From the IMG/VR virus record IMGVR_UViG_3300043438_001900: 60,316 bases of DNA. The stretch is one strand, 5' to 3'. Shown one piece after another: positions 28,796-39,164 of this stretch. The notes beneath the pieces were generated by a model. It made no database searches and had not been told where the DNA came from. It worked only from the letters and a program-made list of their open reading frames with translations. Every line of letters begins with the position of its first letter. Position 1 is the first letter of the stretch. The translations under genes and the position numbers were made by a program. The stretch is from an uncultured virus (IMG/VR IMGVR_UViG_3300043438_001900). Taxonomy: Duplodnaviria > Heunggongvirae > Uroviricota > Caudoviricetes.

Positions 28796-28818
28796 GAGGT
28801 TTTCAAACCTCAACTATC

Positions 28819-29763
28819 TTAATTTGTCGGTTGCTGTACAAGACCTGGTGTCACTGTTTCAGGATTTGATACGGTTGGTTTCAACGGTTCCATTGGTTTT
28901 AGTTCCTCAGTATCTCTTGATAAAAATTTACGTCCATTAGTGTTCCAAGCTTTTTGAGTTCTTGGACCAAAAATACCGTATCCCTTACCATTTTGACCTT
29001 TATTAATAATACCACCATTATATCCCACGGCCCAACCTTTAGCATTTACGTCTAACCAATCTTGGAATAATTTAATTCCATTGGCATCTTTTAATTCTTT
29101 TGGTGTTGGTATCAATACTTTTTTAGGTGCAACTTTAAATTCTGGGTCTTTACATGTGTAATTTGCCATCGTTTTATTTGCCAACATTTTTCTACCGTTA
29201 GCAAAATACGTAACACCATTTATTAAGTATGACATTGTACCATCACTATATTTTTGTTGTTTTGCACCTTTAAATCCCGTTACACATGGATACTTTAACC
29301 AAGGGTCAGTCGCGGGTGCGGCAGGTGCTGCTACAGGTGTCGCTAATAATTTGAAACTATTGGTTTTAAAATACTTAACAGATGGTTTGTATTTGTCGGC
29401 ATTTGTTTCATAGGTATTATTTACCCCAATACTTTTCAAGTGTTTAGAAACCATTTCCACGGTGTATAAATTATCCACGCCCATATCACTATTAATCCAT
29501 CCCGCAACATCTAACTCTGAATATAGTTTTTTAAGTTCGGCATTTACTAATGAAAATTGTGCAGCGTCTTTAATCTTCAAAACTCCATTTCTAAATTTTG
29601 TGGGGTCAGTACCGGGACCACTAACTGATGCGTGTATCTCTTTCGCGATACCAATATTTATGTCCACGGCTTGTTCATTTAATGGATTACCATATCCATG
29701 TTTCTTATGCATATTAAGGATTTCTTCCTTTTCTGACTCTGTTAGTAAAAAATTTTTATACAT
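28819..29763 (-). CDS. putative virion protein: annexin-like repeat + PG-binding-like C-terminus
   Basis: IH.SVSG.GTD (annexin GxGTD-like), FQDWLD...GIFGPRT..AW; FLLTESE motif. Confidence 0.55.
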   Translation of the reverse strand: MYKNFLLTESEKEEILNMHKKHGYGNPLNEQAVDINIGIAKEIHASVSGPGTDPTKFRNGVLKIKDAAQFSLVNAELKKLYSELDVAGWINSDMGVDNLYTVEMVSKHLKSIGVNNTYETNADKYKPSVKYFKTNSFKLLATPVAAPAAPATDPWLKYPCVTGFKGAKQQKYSDGTMSYLINGVTYFANGRKMLANKTMANYTCKDPEFKVAPKKVLIPTPKELKDANGIKLFQDWLDVNAKGWAVGYNGGIINKGQNGKGYGIFGPRTQKAWNTNGRKFLSRDTEELKPMEPLKPTVSNPETVTPGLVQQPTN

Positions 29764-29881
29764 TGTTTTAGTTTTTTTATAAATATTTAATTTTATGGGG
29801 TTATCATCCGTTTAACCGAATAAAATATTATTAAAGAAAAGAAAATAGACAAATAAACCGTCTGTGATATCAATCTCTTCA

Positions 29882-30511
29882 TTACCCGCAATTCCATAAT
29901 ATTGGGTCAGTTTCAAATAGGTTTTTAAAATCCAAGAATATAAGTTCCGCTAGTTTCACCAAGAAACTCTTTTGGATATCTAAACCACAACTAACACTTA
30001 TACTTCCAAGACCTTCGTAAATGTGACACCTTAAAAGACGTAAAATTAACCACGCACCAATTGCGATGAATACACCTACAGGTAATGCCAATAAAAATAC
30101 TTTAACTGATTCAAATGCCGCCATTGCTCCCGCCTGTTCATTCATTTGTGCCGGTTGTTCTTGTGGTGTTGGTTGTTGTTTATCTTGTCTTTTTTGTCTT
30201 CTCATCGCCTTTAGTTCCTGAATCATCAGTTTTAACTCATCTTTCGATGCGGTTGGGAGAACGGGATTAAGAATTGATGCAACTTTCTTTTTTGCATTTG
30301 TAATTTCGGGAGTCTCGGCGGTTGAACTTGAAACATCCTCTTTAGATACCCCAAGTTGACTTATCTCGGATGCCAATGTTTTAACAAATTGTAACCCCTG
30401 AGCGGATTCGGGACTAAAACAATTTGATTCATCCTCGTTGATTTTACCTTTACAGCAACCCATGATAGATTTAATTCTACCTATTTCTTCGTTTAATGTT
30501 TGTTTTTTCAT
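29882..30511 (-). CDS. TM-containing putative virion protein
   Basis: Start moved to ATG 30511 (KKQTLNEEI.RIK.IMG); TM near C-terminus. Confidence 0.6.
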   Translation of the reverse strand: MKKQTLNEEIGRIKSIMGCCKGKINEDESNCFSPESAQGLQFVKTLASEISQLGVSKEDVSSSTAETPEITNAKKKVASILNPVLPTASKDELKLMIQELKAMRRQKRQDKQQPTPQEQPAQMNEQAGAMAAFESVKVFLLALPVGVFIAIGAWLILRLLRCHIYEGLGSISVSCGLDIQKSFLVKLAELIFLDFKNLFETDPILWNCG

Positions 30512-30515
30512 TATT

Positions 30516-31568
30516 TTATATAAATGGTTGAATAAATTTAGCATAATTAGTTCCACCATCAGGTCTACTTTCTTTGATGCCGAAATAATATAACATTTCG
30601 GGGTCATTAATACGAACTTCTTTTTGTGGAACTGTGTTCATGTTAGTAATAAATTTCTTGTCATAGGCAAAACGAACCACCCTTTCAATTTTATCGTCAT
30701 CACCCCAATAAAATACCCACCTAAGGATAGGTGCGGTCCATGGGTCAGCAACCACATTTGTGTTCCATTTAATCTCATATGCGGTCATGTGTTTGTTGTC
30801 CCACTTATTTCTAAGTAACTTTTCACGTTGTTTAACAAACATATCGTCTACCGCCACCATACCAAGAGAATTTTTACCGTTAGCATAATACGACCCAGTT
30901 AAAATCATATTTGCGTTAATGTCTGTATATGTTTCAATAGTATCGGTACTCGTTTTACCCGTTGTAGTTACGGTTGTTATGTCTTTCTTGTATTTGAATA
31001 CAAGTGTAACGTTCATAAACTGACCTGGGTTGGGATATTTGGTTGTATCTCTTACTTCATCCTTAACACCACCTGTATTCAATACGATGGTTTTAAACGC
31101 AACTTTCGCAACATCAGAATCGGAGATTTTATTTTTTTTAAGGAAGTTGAATAGTGCGGGGCGAAACGACTGTGCTCTTAACAACGCCAATTGAACATTC
31201 TTTTTATACAGGGGGTCCTCAAGGTTTTGACCTTTTGGTGCAACTGCGTAATTATTTTCCTTATCGTATGGTGTTACCTTACCTAACCATGTGTTACTTG
31301 CACCGGCTGTAAAGGTTCCATTAGTAAAAGTCATTTCACCACTTTTTAACATAGCGGGACCATTCGGTGTTGCATTAATCTTTTCCAATAATGTTTTGGT
31401 GAAGTCAGCAAGAAATGGAGTTGGGTCCGACGAGTTAACGGGATACGCCGCCTTAAAGTTAAAACTAACTTTAACTTCAATAGGGGTTGTTACCTCATTT
31501 AATAATGATGTCCCATTCTTACCGATTAACGATTTAAGTTGGGACTCCGTGATGATGATTTTTCTCAT
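30516..31568 (-). CDS. putative virion protein
   Basis: KIIITESQL motif; N..LA..RA resembles a degenerate OmpA-C domain. Confidence 0.6.
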   Translation of the reverse strand: MRKIIITESQLKSLIGKNGTSLLNEVTTPIEVKVSFNFKAAYPVNSSDPTPFLADFTKTLLEKINATPNGPAMLKSGEMTFTNGTFTAGASNTWLGKVTPYDKENNYAVAPKGQNLEDPLYKKNVQLALLRAQSFRPALFNFLKKNKISDSDVAKVAFKTIVLNTGGVKDEVRDTTKYPNPGQFMNVTLVFKYKKDITTVTTTGKTSTDTIETYTDINANMILTGSYYANGKNSLGMVAVDDMFVKQREKLLRNKWDNKHMTAYEIKWNTNVVADPWTAPILRWVFYWGDDDKIERVVRFAYDKKFITNMNTVPQKEVRINDPEMLYYFGIKESRPDGGTNYAKFIQPFI

Positions 31569-31794
31569 ATAGACTAATATTAATAAATACCTGAAACGGT
31601 ATTATTGTTTAACGGTGGTTAGATAATAACTCAACCCATTATATATAATGAATTGTATATTGTCTTCACCTTCAATGGGACGGTAACGTGTCCAAATTTC
31701 GGTTAATCCTATTTCCCCTTTAATGGGTTTCATTGTTATTTTGTTTTCTTCAAATCTAATCGTACGCATATAATATTTTTACTATAAGTACCGA

Positions 31795-31977
31795 TTAATT
31801 CCTATGAAGAATAACTTTTTTCAGTGAATCGGATTTTTCGATTGTAATTTCAATGTTAATGTTTTTCTCACCTCTAAGACGGGCAAGTTCCTTTTGTTGA
31901 AAGTAACAGATGATAAGGAGACTTATTGCTCCCGCCATACTGATGTGTTTTTGATATTTTTGAAAAAATTTAATCAT
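31795..31977 (-). CDS. small membrane protein
   Basis: Single hydrophobic helix. Confidence 0.5.
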   Translation of the reverse strand: MIKFFQKYQKHISMAGAISLLIICYFQQKELARLRGEKNINIEITIEKSDSLKKVILHRN

Positions 31978-31984
31978 TGTTCTT

Positions 31985-32533
31985 TTATTTTTTTATCCAC
32001 CATTGTTGTTGATTACCAATGGCATTTATGTTGTCCTCTCCAAACATTTCGTTTACCGACTCATATACACCAGGCCAACAGGTGCAGTAATCATCACCAC
32101 AAATAAACCCACCGGGTTTTACTTTGGGTAACCAAGACTGTATATCGTTTTTAACGGAATTATAATCATGAGCCCCGTCGATGTACACAATATCAAAATA
32201 CTCATCTTCGTATAATGACGATTGTGAAACGGAATTATTCTTATGGATGTTTATAAGGTCTTTTAAGGGTATTAAATTGTTTCGAGTTATAGTTTCATAG
32301 TCCACACCCTTAACGTGTTCTGGTGACCCCTCAAAGTGGTCAATGGCGTGATATTCGAAATCAACACCTTTATTGATTAGGTCGACACATATCAGTGCGG
32401 TACCTCTACCCTGGTAAACCCCAATCTCGGCGATTTTTAATTTACCTGACGGGTTATCTACAATTGTATTAAATAATTCCCCTTGTTCATGTGGTTGAGC
32501 CCAACCTTCTATATTTTGATAGAAATGTTCCAT
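31985..32533 (-). CDS. class I SAM-dependent methyltransferase (Methyltransf_24-like)
   Basis: EIGVYQG, IDHF, DIVYIDGAHDY, KPGG.I.GDDY. Confidence 0.88.
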   Translation of the reverse strand: MEHFYQNIEGWAQPHEQGELFNTIVDNPSGKLKIAEIGVYQGRGTALICVDLINKGVDFEYHAIDHFEGSPEHVKGVDYETITRNNLIPLKDLINIHKNNSVSQSSLYEDEYFDIVYIDGAHDYNSVKNDIQSWLPKVKPGGFICGDDYCTCWPGVYESVNEMFGEDNINAIGNQQQWWIKK

Positions 32534-32916
32534 AATTAAGATTTACACAAATAAATATGGTCCCCTTTAATTAACGGTCCACAATCTCATTCCGGCGTAC
32601 GAGGTTCATTTTTTAGAGAACATTCTCAATGCACTTATCATAAGGATGGTCATACCAACCCCGAGGGTGCAAGAAACGTCAAAAGACATATTATGAATTC
32701 CTGAATGGAACAAAGATGCGAACACCACGGCGGTTAGAATATAAATCCAAAACAACTTAATGAAATGATACATCCCAACTGCCAGTATGGTAAATGCGCC
32801 CAAAAAGAATGCAAATACAACTTCTAATAATTTTATCATAAACATAAATAGAATATATATGGAACAAAAAACCCCACCTTTAAGGGGTAGGGTTTTAATG
32901 ATTTATTTTAACTTTA

Positions 32917-33315
32917 TTATTTTCTAATCGAAAGAGCACTATCCAATTCGTCATTCGTACCCTCGAATCCTGGCATTTCAGTATTATCCCTATAGTCCGT
33001 TCTACCATCATCCTCGGATTTTGTGAAACCCATAAATTTATATGCCTCTTCATCACTTTGGTTTAAAACCATTTTATTAAGACTTGTATAAAACTGTTTC
33101 ATGAATGTCCATTTAATACCACCTTCTTGTTGGGGACCAACAAAATGACTATATTCATCCACTAACATTTTTGAAATTTTGTTTGCGGCCTCATCTGCCG
33201 CCATCATAGCGATTTGAAGACCACCTAAACCTTCAGATAGTGTGGATTCATTATTAATCCCCATTATTTCTTTAACTCGGGATAACTCTTCGTTCAATTT
33301 TATTTTGTTTGACAT
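32917..33315 (-). CDS. hypothetical putative virion protein
   Basis: KLNEELSRVKEIMG N-terminus; start moved to 33315. Confidence 0.6.
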   Translation of the reverse strand: MSNKIKLNEELSRVKEIMGINNESTLSEGLGGLQIAMMAADEAANKISKMLVDEYSHFVGPQQEGGIKWTFMKQFYTSLNKMVLNQSDEEAYKFMGFTKSEDDGRTDYRDNTEMPGFEGTNDELDSALSIRK

Positions 33316-33381
33316 AATATAATGTTTAAGAATAAATATCATATAAAATGAAAAACCCCTCGTATTAGGAGGGGTTAATTA

Positions 33382-33813
33382 TTAAATTAGTTCGATGGTG
33401 TTAATCTTATCACCTTGTCTGATGTTGTCAATTATATCCAACCCTTCCACAACCTTACCGAAACAGGTATGGTTTCTATCGAGGTGTTGTGTTCCTTGTC
33501 TACCGTGGCAGATGAAAAACTGTGAACCACCGGTATTTCTACCAGCGTGGGCCATAGATAACACACCTTTATCGTGGAATTGTTTATCGGCGTTTACTTC
33601 GCACTCGATGGTATAACCGGGTCCACCGTTACCAATACCGTTAGGACAACCTCCCTGAATAACAAAGTTAGGGATAACTCTATGGAAGTTTAATCCATCA
33701 TAGAATTTCAAACCAATTAGTTTAAGGAAGTTACTTACGGTGATAGGGGTTTCGTTGTCGTACAACTCAGCAACCATGTCACCTCTGTCTGTGGAAATTT
33801 TTACTTTACTCAT
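33382..33813 (-). CDS. cyclophilin-type peptidyl-prolyl isomerase
   Basis: FYDGLNFHRVIPNFVIQGG, LSMAHAGRNTGGSQFFI, HLD..HT.FG.VVEG. Confidence 0.95.
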   Translation of the reverse strand: MSKVKISTDRGDMVAELYDNETPITVSNFLKLIGLKFYDGLNFHRVIPNFVIQGGCPNGIGNGGPGYTIECEVNADKQFHDKGVLSMAHAGRNTGGSQFFICHGRQGTQHLDRNHTCFGKVVEGLDIIDNIRQGDKINTIELI

Positions 33814-33904
33814 ATATCTCGTTTTTCCAATAATACGAAAAAAATATTAATCAATCAAGACTATGTTATAAATAAAAAACCCACCTTGTGGGTGGGTCTT
33901 AATA

Positions 33905-34810
33905 TTAAAATCCAAAACTAATTTTTTCATTATCGAACTTCGAAAGTACTTCGGAATCGGGTAATGCCCCGTTATATATTTTAACTGATTTCAACCAACC
34001 ACCCCAATACTCAGCGCCATCCCATCTTCTCATCAATCTAATACCACTCTCATTACTACTTAAAGTTTGTCCTGTTACTTCTTGAGTTTCAGCAAGACCA
34101 CCATTCACATAAAGTTTAAGGTTTGTACCATCAAAACTACCGACGATATGATACCACGCATTTATGGTGTCGATTGAATATCCCGTATCTGTATAGTGCC
34201 AAGAACCATTGTAGAATGATGTTGCCAAATTGGCGTTATTTGGTGGACTAAATCCACTACAACCTAATACGTAGTTTATTCCATAAGAACCCCCTTGAAG
34301 GTACGATTCATTAACAATGGTAGGAGCGTCACCTGTATTGGTTCCCGTATAGTAATGCCACACTTCTACCGTCCAAGTTGGTAACAATGGAAGTGATGTT
34401 GGAGTACTGGCCCATTGGTCGGTACCGTTAAAACTTAAAAACGCCCCGATATATTCTGGTGAACCATGTAGTGTGAATTCTTTATCACCAACTAAATCGG
34501 TCCAAGTTGTTCCTGTACCGGGATATGATAATGGGTCACCTGAGTCCAAGTGTAATAACAACGACGTAGTTGATGTAATAGACCAATCAATCACATATGT
34601 AACATGTGTACCAAAATCATTTGTTCTTTTTGTAACCTGATATCCATATGTGTCAATTAAAATTAACATCATGTCATCGTCCATATGTGAGGAATGAACT
34701 AAAATACTATATAGACCCTTATCACATGCGTCCACAACTAAGTCGTTTATGTAACTTAACGAACTTATCGTTAAATCACTATCTAAATTACTATCTGATG
34801 AAATATCCAT
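33905..34810 (-). CDS. LamG/ConA-like lectin-domain protein
   Basis: LHLD.G...SYPGTG..W.DL, FNGT, W.HIVG.FDG..LKLYVNG, IYN.AL. Confidence 0.8.
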   Translation of the reverse strand: MDISSDSNLDSDLTISSLSYINDLVVDACDKGLYSILVHSSHMDDDMMLILIDTYGYQVTKRTNDFGTHVTYVIDWSITSTTSLLLHLDSGDPLSYPGTGTTWTDLVGDKEFTLHGSPEYIGAFLSFNGTDQWASTPTSLPLLPTWTVEVWHYYTGTNTGDAPTIVNESYLQGGSYGINYVLGCSGFSPPNNANLATSFYNGSWHYTDTGYSIDTINAWYHIVGSFDGTNLKLYVNGGLAETQEVTGQTLSSNESGIRLMRRWDGAEYWGGWLKSVKIYNGALPDSEVLSKFDNEKISFGF

Positions 34811-34924
34811 TATATTCTGTTTTTATATAAATACCACTTAGTGGGTATGTGGATAAAGTCCAATATAATAAAAAATTCATCCCGGCGTCGGAGTACCGGC
34901 GTACGAGGTTCATTTACCAATGAA

Positions 34925-36196
34925 TTAATAGTTATTCGATAATTTAAGGTTGTCTTCGGCAATCATAAGGTCCATATTATCGAAGGTTGTGGAACCTCCT
35001 TTTGAATGGGGTTTATTCTTATGGTTCCCATGGACTCTCTTTCCGTTGGTGGACTGCAATGGGGTAATAACCTCGGTTGTACCATCCAAACGATTAATAA
35101 CACCTCCAGTCTCAATGCACTTGGCAATCTTATCCTTCTCTGTAAAGGTCCTAACACTATCGAGGGTATAAAAGAAATCAGATACAAAGGGAATCATATC
35201 GTTATATATGGTGTTGAACTTAACTATATGGAATTGTACAATGTTCCTATTGATATTGGCCCAATTGGAATCTGATGGGTTGTAGTATGTAGAATCAATT
35301 CTGTGGTTCTCCAATTCAAGGTACTTGTTAACAAAATCTTGAATTGTATCTTTCTTTAGGACCGAGTTATATGAACGGTCCATATCTAACAGATACATGA
35401 ATAGATTAAATGAAAAGGACTTGGTAATATCTGAACCTGTTTGATGTATCAGTTGAACACATATACTCCACGTCTTGAGAGTATCCAAGAATTGTTTCTC
35501 GTTATATATAACCGAACTTTTAAATAGGTTGTTTAAGTTGGTATTGGTAATAGTACTTCCTTTGGATTGGTGATATAATAAGAAGTGACTCATAAGTTCC
35601 AAATCCTTCATCCTTGGAAAGGTGACACCTTTAATGAGTTTGGTTGTCTCACTATAGGTATTACCCCATTTACGAATAAAATCAGATATAATACCATGAC
35701 ACGCGTTTCGTTTCTCTTGTTTGTTCCAACTCTCACCACTGTTAAGGTATGATGCAATATCATGTAAATCTAACTTGGTGGCGTTATTAATGATTACCAC
35801 AGAAATGGGAATGTTAAAGAAGTCCCACACATCGTCAGGGACATCATTCCAGTTAACCTCATCATGTAACTTCATAAGATAACGGGTTCTATTACCCCCA
35901 TCTATTGAAACATATCTTACACCCTGATTATGTAGTTCAGAAAAGTATTGGTGGTCATAAGTACTCTTTGTGGTTTGTGCAAGAGTCATACAACCCTGAA
36001 CATCCGCCATTACAATGTTACTTACATCTTTTCCTAATAATAGACACTCCCTATATTCGACCCCATTACGTTTTGTCCACACTTGTCTTCGTTGAATCGA
36101 TTCATCATAACAAATTTTCTTCCCTAATTGTAGAAAATTTTTAATACTCATGTCTTGTCTCATCTTACCAATTGGTATAGTTCTGTTTGTTTCCAT
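34925..36196 (-). CDS. GmrSD-like protein: DUF262/ParB-like N-terminus + HNH C-terminus
   Basis: QRR.VW, SIDGGNRT, LNSG..W..QE.RNA; H..P.SKGG.T...N......N. Confidence 0.7.
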   Translation of the reverse strand: METNRTIPIGKMRQDMSIKNFLQLGKKICYDESIQRRQVWTKRNGVEYRECLLLGKDVSNIVMADVQGCMTLAQTTKSTYDHQYFSELHNQGVRYVSIDGGNRTRYLMKLHDEVNWNDVPDDVWDFFNIPISVVIINNATKLDLHDIASYLNSGESWNKQEKRNACHGIISDFIRKWGNTYSETTKLIKGVTFPRMKDLELMSHFLLYHQSKGSTITNTNLNNLFKSSVIYNEKQFLDTLKTWSICVQLIHQTGSDITKSFSFNLFMYLLDMDRSYNSVLKKDTIQDFVNKYLELENHRIDSTYYNPSDSNWANINRNIVQFHIVKFNTIYNDMIPFVSDFFYTLDSVRTFTEKDKIAKCIETGGVINRLDGTTEVITPLQSTNGKRVHGNHKNKPHSKGGSTTFDNMDLMIAEDNLKLSNNY

Positions 36197-36224
36197 ATAT
36201 GGTTTATTAATTGTGGGACAAAAG

Positions 36225-36490
36225 TATGTATATTTTTGAATATTCCAAAAAATTCTGAAAATTTTTTTTTCACTATAGGGGGTGTTTCCCGATTTCCCAA
36301 AATTTTCTGGAAATTTCCGGAACGGGTTTCCCCTAAAAAGTCGATTTTTTGGATTTTTTCTGGAAAAATTTCAGTCACGGCATTGACCCCCCTTTTAGAC
36401 ATAGGTAAATACCCCTATATAAGGGGGGATACGGGAGGGAGGGGGGTATGGTTTAAGGGGAGGGGGTAGGTATATAACCATAGGGGGTGG
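36225..36490. other. non-coding signal region at strand switch (G-run cluster, TT-CYGGAAA palindromes); possible genome terminus or origin
   Basis: GGGGGGATACGGGAGGGAGGGGGG...GGGGAGGGGG at 36423-36466; TTTTCTGGAAA twice and TTTCCGGAA; gene orientation flips here. Confidence 0.5.
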
Positions 36491-36597
36491 TGCCAATCAA
36501 TAATCAACCTGTGGACCTGGGTGGTGAAAATAAATTTGATATAATCGAAATATCTTTTTATCTTCGTATTGTCTACTAACCAATAGACCCAAACATT

Positions 36598-36870
36598 ATG
36601 ATAAAGTCATTTGAATTTAGTTATTGTCTTGATGAGGTAGAGTTCATTGAGGGCAATGTAAACATCACTATTGATGAGAGTGTGGAGATTGTAAACAAGT
36701 TAATGAAGTCCGATGAGATATATGTCGGAGAAAGAACAAGGGGGAGTGTAACCTTTGATGAGAACATTCAACCTATCGTTTACGATGTCAACTATGAGTA
36801 TTGTAGTGAAGTCGGAGAGGATTGGGATGAGGATAAGTGGGAGGTGTTAAGTGTTCAAGTTCAACTATAA
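36598..36870 (+). CDS. small acidic early protein
   Basis: Own promoter and terminator. Confidence 0.7.
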   Translation: MIKSFEFSYCLDEVEFIEGNVNITIDESVEIVNKLMKSDEIYVGERTRGSVTFDENIQPIVYDVNYEYCSEVGEDWDEDKWEVLSVQVQL

Positions 36871-37193
36871 CCAAAGGGGGTACGAAAGTATCCCTTTTTT
36901 TTTGACCACAGATTTACCATCGGGATTCAAATGTAATTTTGATTGGCACCGACCTTTACCTTACTACCAATGTTTATGTTGCCAAACAAGTTTAGCGAAC
37001 CAACATCTGTTCCCGACATCTTCCCCTTTGCCAAACAAATTATTTCTCCGAAGGTCAGGGTTCGGGTTCAAAAAAAATGTTGATAACTATGTGGATAACT
37101 AAACGAAAAAAAATATAAAAAAAATACTTTTTTATTTGGTACTAATCAATTTTTGACTATATTTGTGTACCAAACAATTAAAAAACATCAGTT

Positions 37194-37718
37194 ATGACAA
37201 AAGAAACAATCAACATCACAAAAAACGAGTTAATCACTTTATTAAGTGAAATTGACAAACCAACTTTTACTAATGTAGTAATGGAAACAATGGTACGAAT
37301 GAACAAGACCAATAACCCATACTATAACAAAGTAGTAAAAAGAAGTAAGTGTAACTATTCGTTAGGGGTAAACTACGAAAATCGTGTGAACAACAACTAC
37401 GAAAAAGAGGGTATTGAAAATACCTTTGAAACTGAAAAACCAAGTGGCAAAACCCACATTTCAAAATGTCTTTTAGTTAGTGACAAAGACAATTCAGTTC
37501 ACTATGTAATGTTGGAACGATTTGACGAAATCAAACCTACAAACGAATTTATCTTTGAGGGTAACGAAATTGACAAACAACTTTTTCAAGATTTTATGGT
37601 AAAGTACACCGAGAGTGTTAAACAAGAACAAGAGAGAAAAGTATCAGTTATCACACCGAAAATTGAGAACATCAAAGAAATCTCACTCAACGGAATGAAG
37701 TACATCATTGGGGAGTAA
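37194..37718 (+). CDS. early hypothetical protein
   Basis: Own promoter and terminator; KT.NPY, YENRVNN motifs. Confidence 0.75.
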   Translation: MTKETINITKNELITLLSEIDKPTFTNVVMETMVRMNKTNNPYYNKVVKRSKCNYSLGVNYENRVNNNYEKEGIENTFETEKPSGKTHISKCLLVSDKDNSVHYVMLERFDEIKPTNEFIFEGNEIDKQLFQDFMVKYTESVKQEQERKVSVITPKIENIKEISLNGMKYIIGE

Positions 37719-38003
37719 GTTCCCCAACTATGAAAACCGAAGTCCCCACTTGAAAAAGTGGGGATTTTTTTTGTCCGAAGAATTTTTCGGGACTCGTGGA
37801 TTTTGAACTTTGTTTGGCATCGTATTACACGGGGGAGGAAGACGGATTCTGAAATTTGATTGGCAACAATGGTATAGATAATTGTATTACATATACTACC
37901 CCTGCCAACCAATATTCCGGATGGAGACTCGTCTGAGTGAAAAATAAATTTGGAGTATAAGAAAATTTGTTTTATATTTGTATAACCAATAAAAATAAAA
38001 GTT

Positions 38004-38219
38004 ATGAAAGTTATCAATTCTCGTATTACGGAACAACCCAAAAGTTTCTTTGACCCGATACCACAAGTATTCGTTACTATGGAGAATGGAGAAGAACAAT
38101 TCCTATTTGATTATTATCCCGATGAGATTAGTTTCACACCTAATGAGTTCGTGGGATTAACACTTGATGAGTGTAGACACTTGAAGTTTATCAAAGACAA
38201 GAAGTATCTAACAAGTTAG
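38004..38219 (+). CDS. early hypothetical protein
   Basis: YYPDEISF...EFVGLT; own promoter. Confidence 0.75.
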   Translation: MKVINSRITEQPKSFFDPIPQVFVTMENGEEQFLFDYYPDEISFTPNEFVGLTLDECRHLKFIKDKKYLTS

Positions 38220-38510
38220 TGTATGAGTAAGTCATCATATAAAGAAAGATTCAAGAGTTTGGGGGTACTGATTTTGGTATCCCCTTTTTTGATTTATTAT
38301 TATCTAAGGTTTTTCCTGACGGGGAGATGGTGAACCTTCCCCGATTTTGGTCGGCAATCGTATTACATATGGTGTGGTGCCAATCAAATTTCCGGATGGA
38401 CGGAGATGAGTGGGGTGGTCAAAATAAATTAAAAATAATTGAAAATAAATTTGGTTTATTAAAATATAATGATTACATTTGAATATGTTAAACACTAAAA
38501 CTATATTATT

Positions 38511-38918
38511 ATGTCATTAGAATTCAATCCAAGAGCACAAGACCATAAGTTTTATGGTACAACTATCGGTCAATTTACCGAAGAAGAAAAAGAACTATTC
38601 CAAGTTGACCTTATGATGTCAATGGGTTTTTCAATGGTACACCTCTCAAACAAAGATGATGGGGAGATGAAAGACGAACTGAACAAATTGGGAATGTTAA
38701 GGACACACCTTTGTATTCAACTTTTAGAAATCCCCGAAGTGTTATGTAAGATTATGGGGTTTGAAAAAACACACGAGATGATTGAGGAAAGTAAGTATGG
38801 GTTTTCGAGTTTCTTAAAATCCCAAGATGAGAACACGAAAGAACACATGGAAGAAATTGAGGAATTAGTTAGTAACCTCAAACGAGATGTTATGATGAGT
38901 AACATATCGATGAACTAA
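38511..38918 (+). CDS. early hypothetical protein
   Basis: Own promoter and GAAA-loop terminator. Confidence 0.7.
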   Translation: MSLEFNPRAQDHKFYGTTIGQFTEEEKELFQVDLMMSMGFSMVHLSNKDDGEMKDELNKLGMLRTHLCIQLLEIPEVLCKIMGFEKTHEMIEESKYGFSSFLKSQDENTKEHMEEIEELVSNLKRDVMMSNISMN

Positions 38919-39164
38919 AAGATGTTTGTTTCGAAAAGACCTCCACAGAAATGTGGGGGTTTTTTTATGTCCACAGAATTTGGGTTCAGGGACCTGGTGA
39001 GAATTTGATTGGCAACGTATTACATGTAGTAGTGGTTCACTGGTGTGCCAATCAAAATGTTTCCGACGCCACGGGGTGAGTGAAAATATGTTGAAATTAT
39101 TTTTTCTTAATGTTGTGTATAATGATATGTGTTGTATATTTGGGTATAATTAAAAACAAACAAA

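Larger units (their letters stand above)
32592..34915. repeat. exact 20-bp direct repeat CCGGCGTACGAGGTTCATTT at 32592-32611 and 34896-34915
   Basis: Both copies read directly from the sequence. Confidence 0.85.

Noticed and set aside
36155..36469. ORFs across the G-run region (36155-36469 +, 36160-36402 -)
   Set aside because: Low-complexity signal DNA; protein sequences implausible
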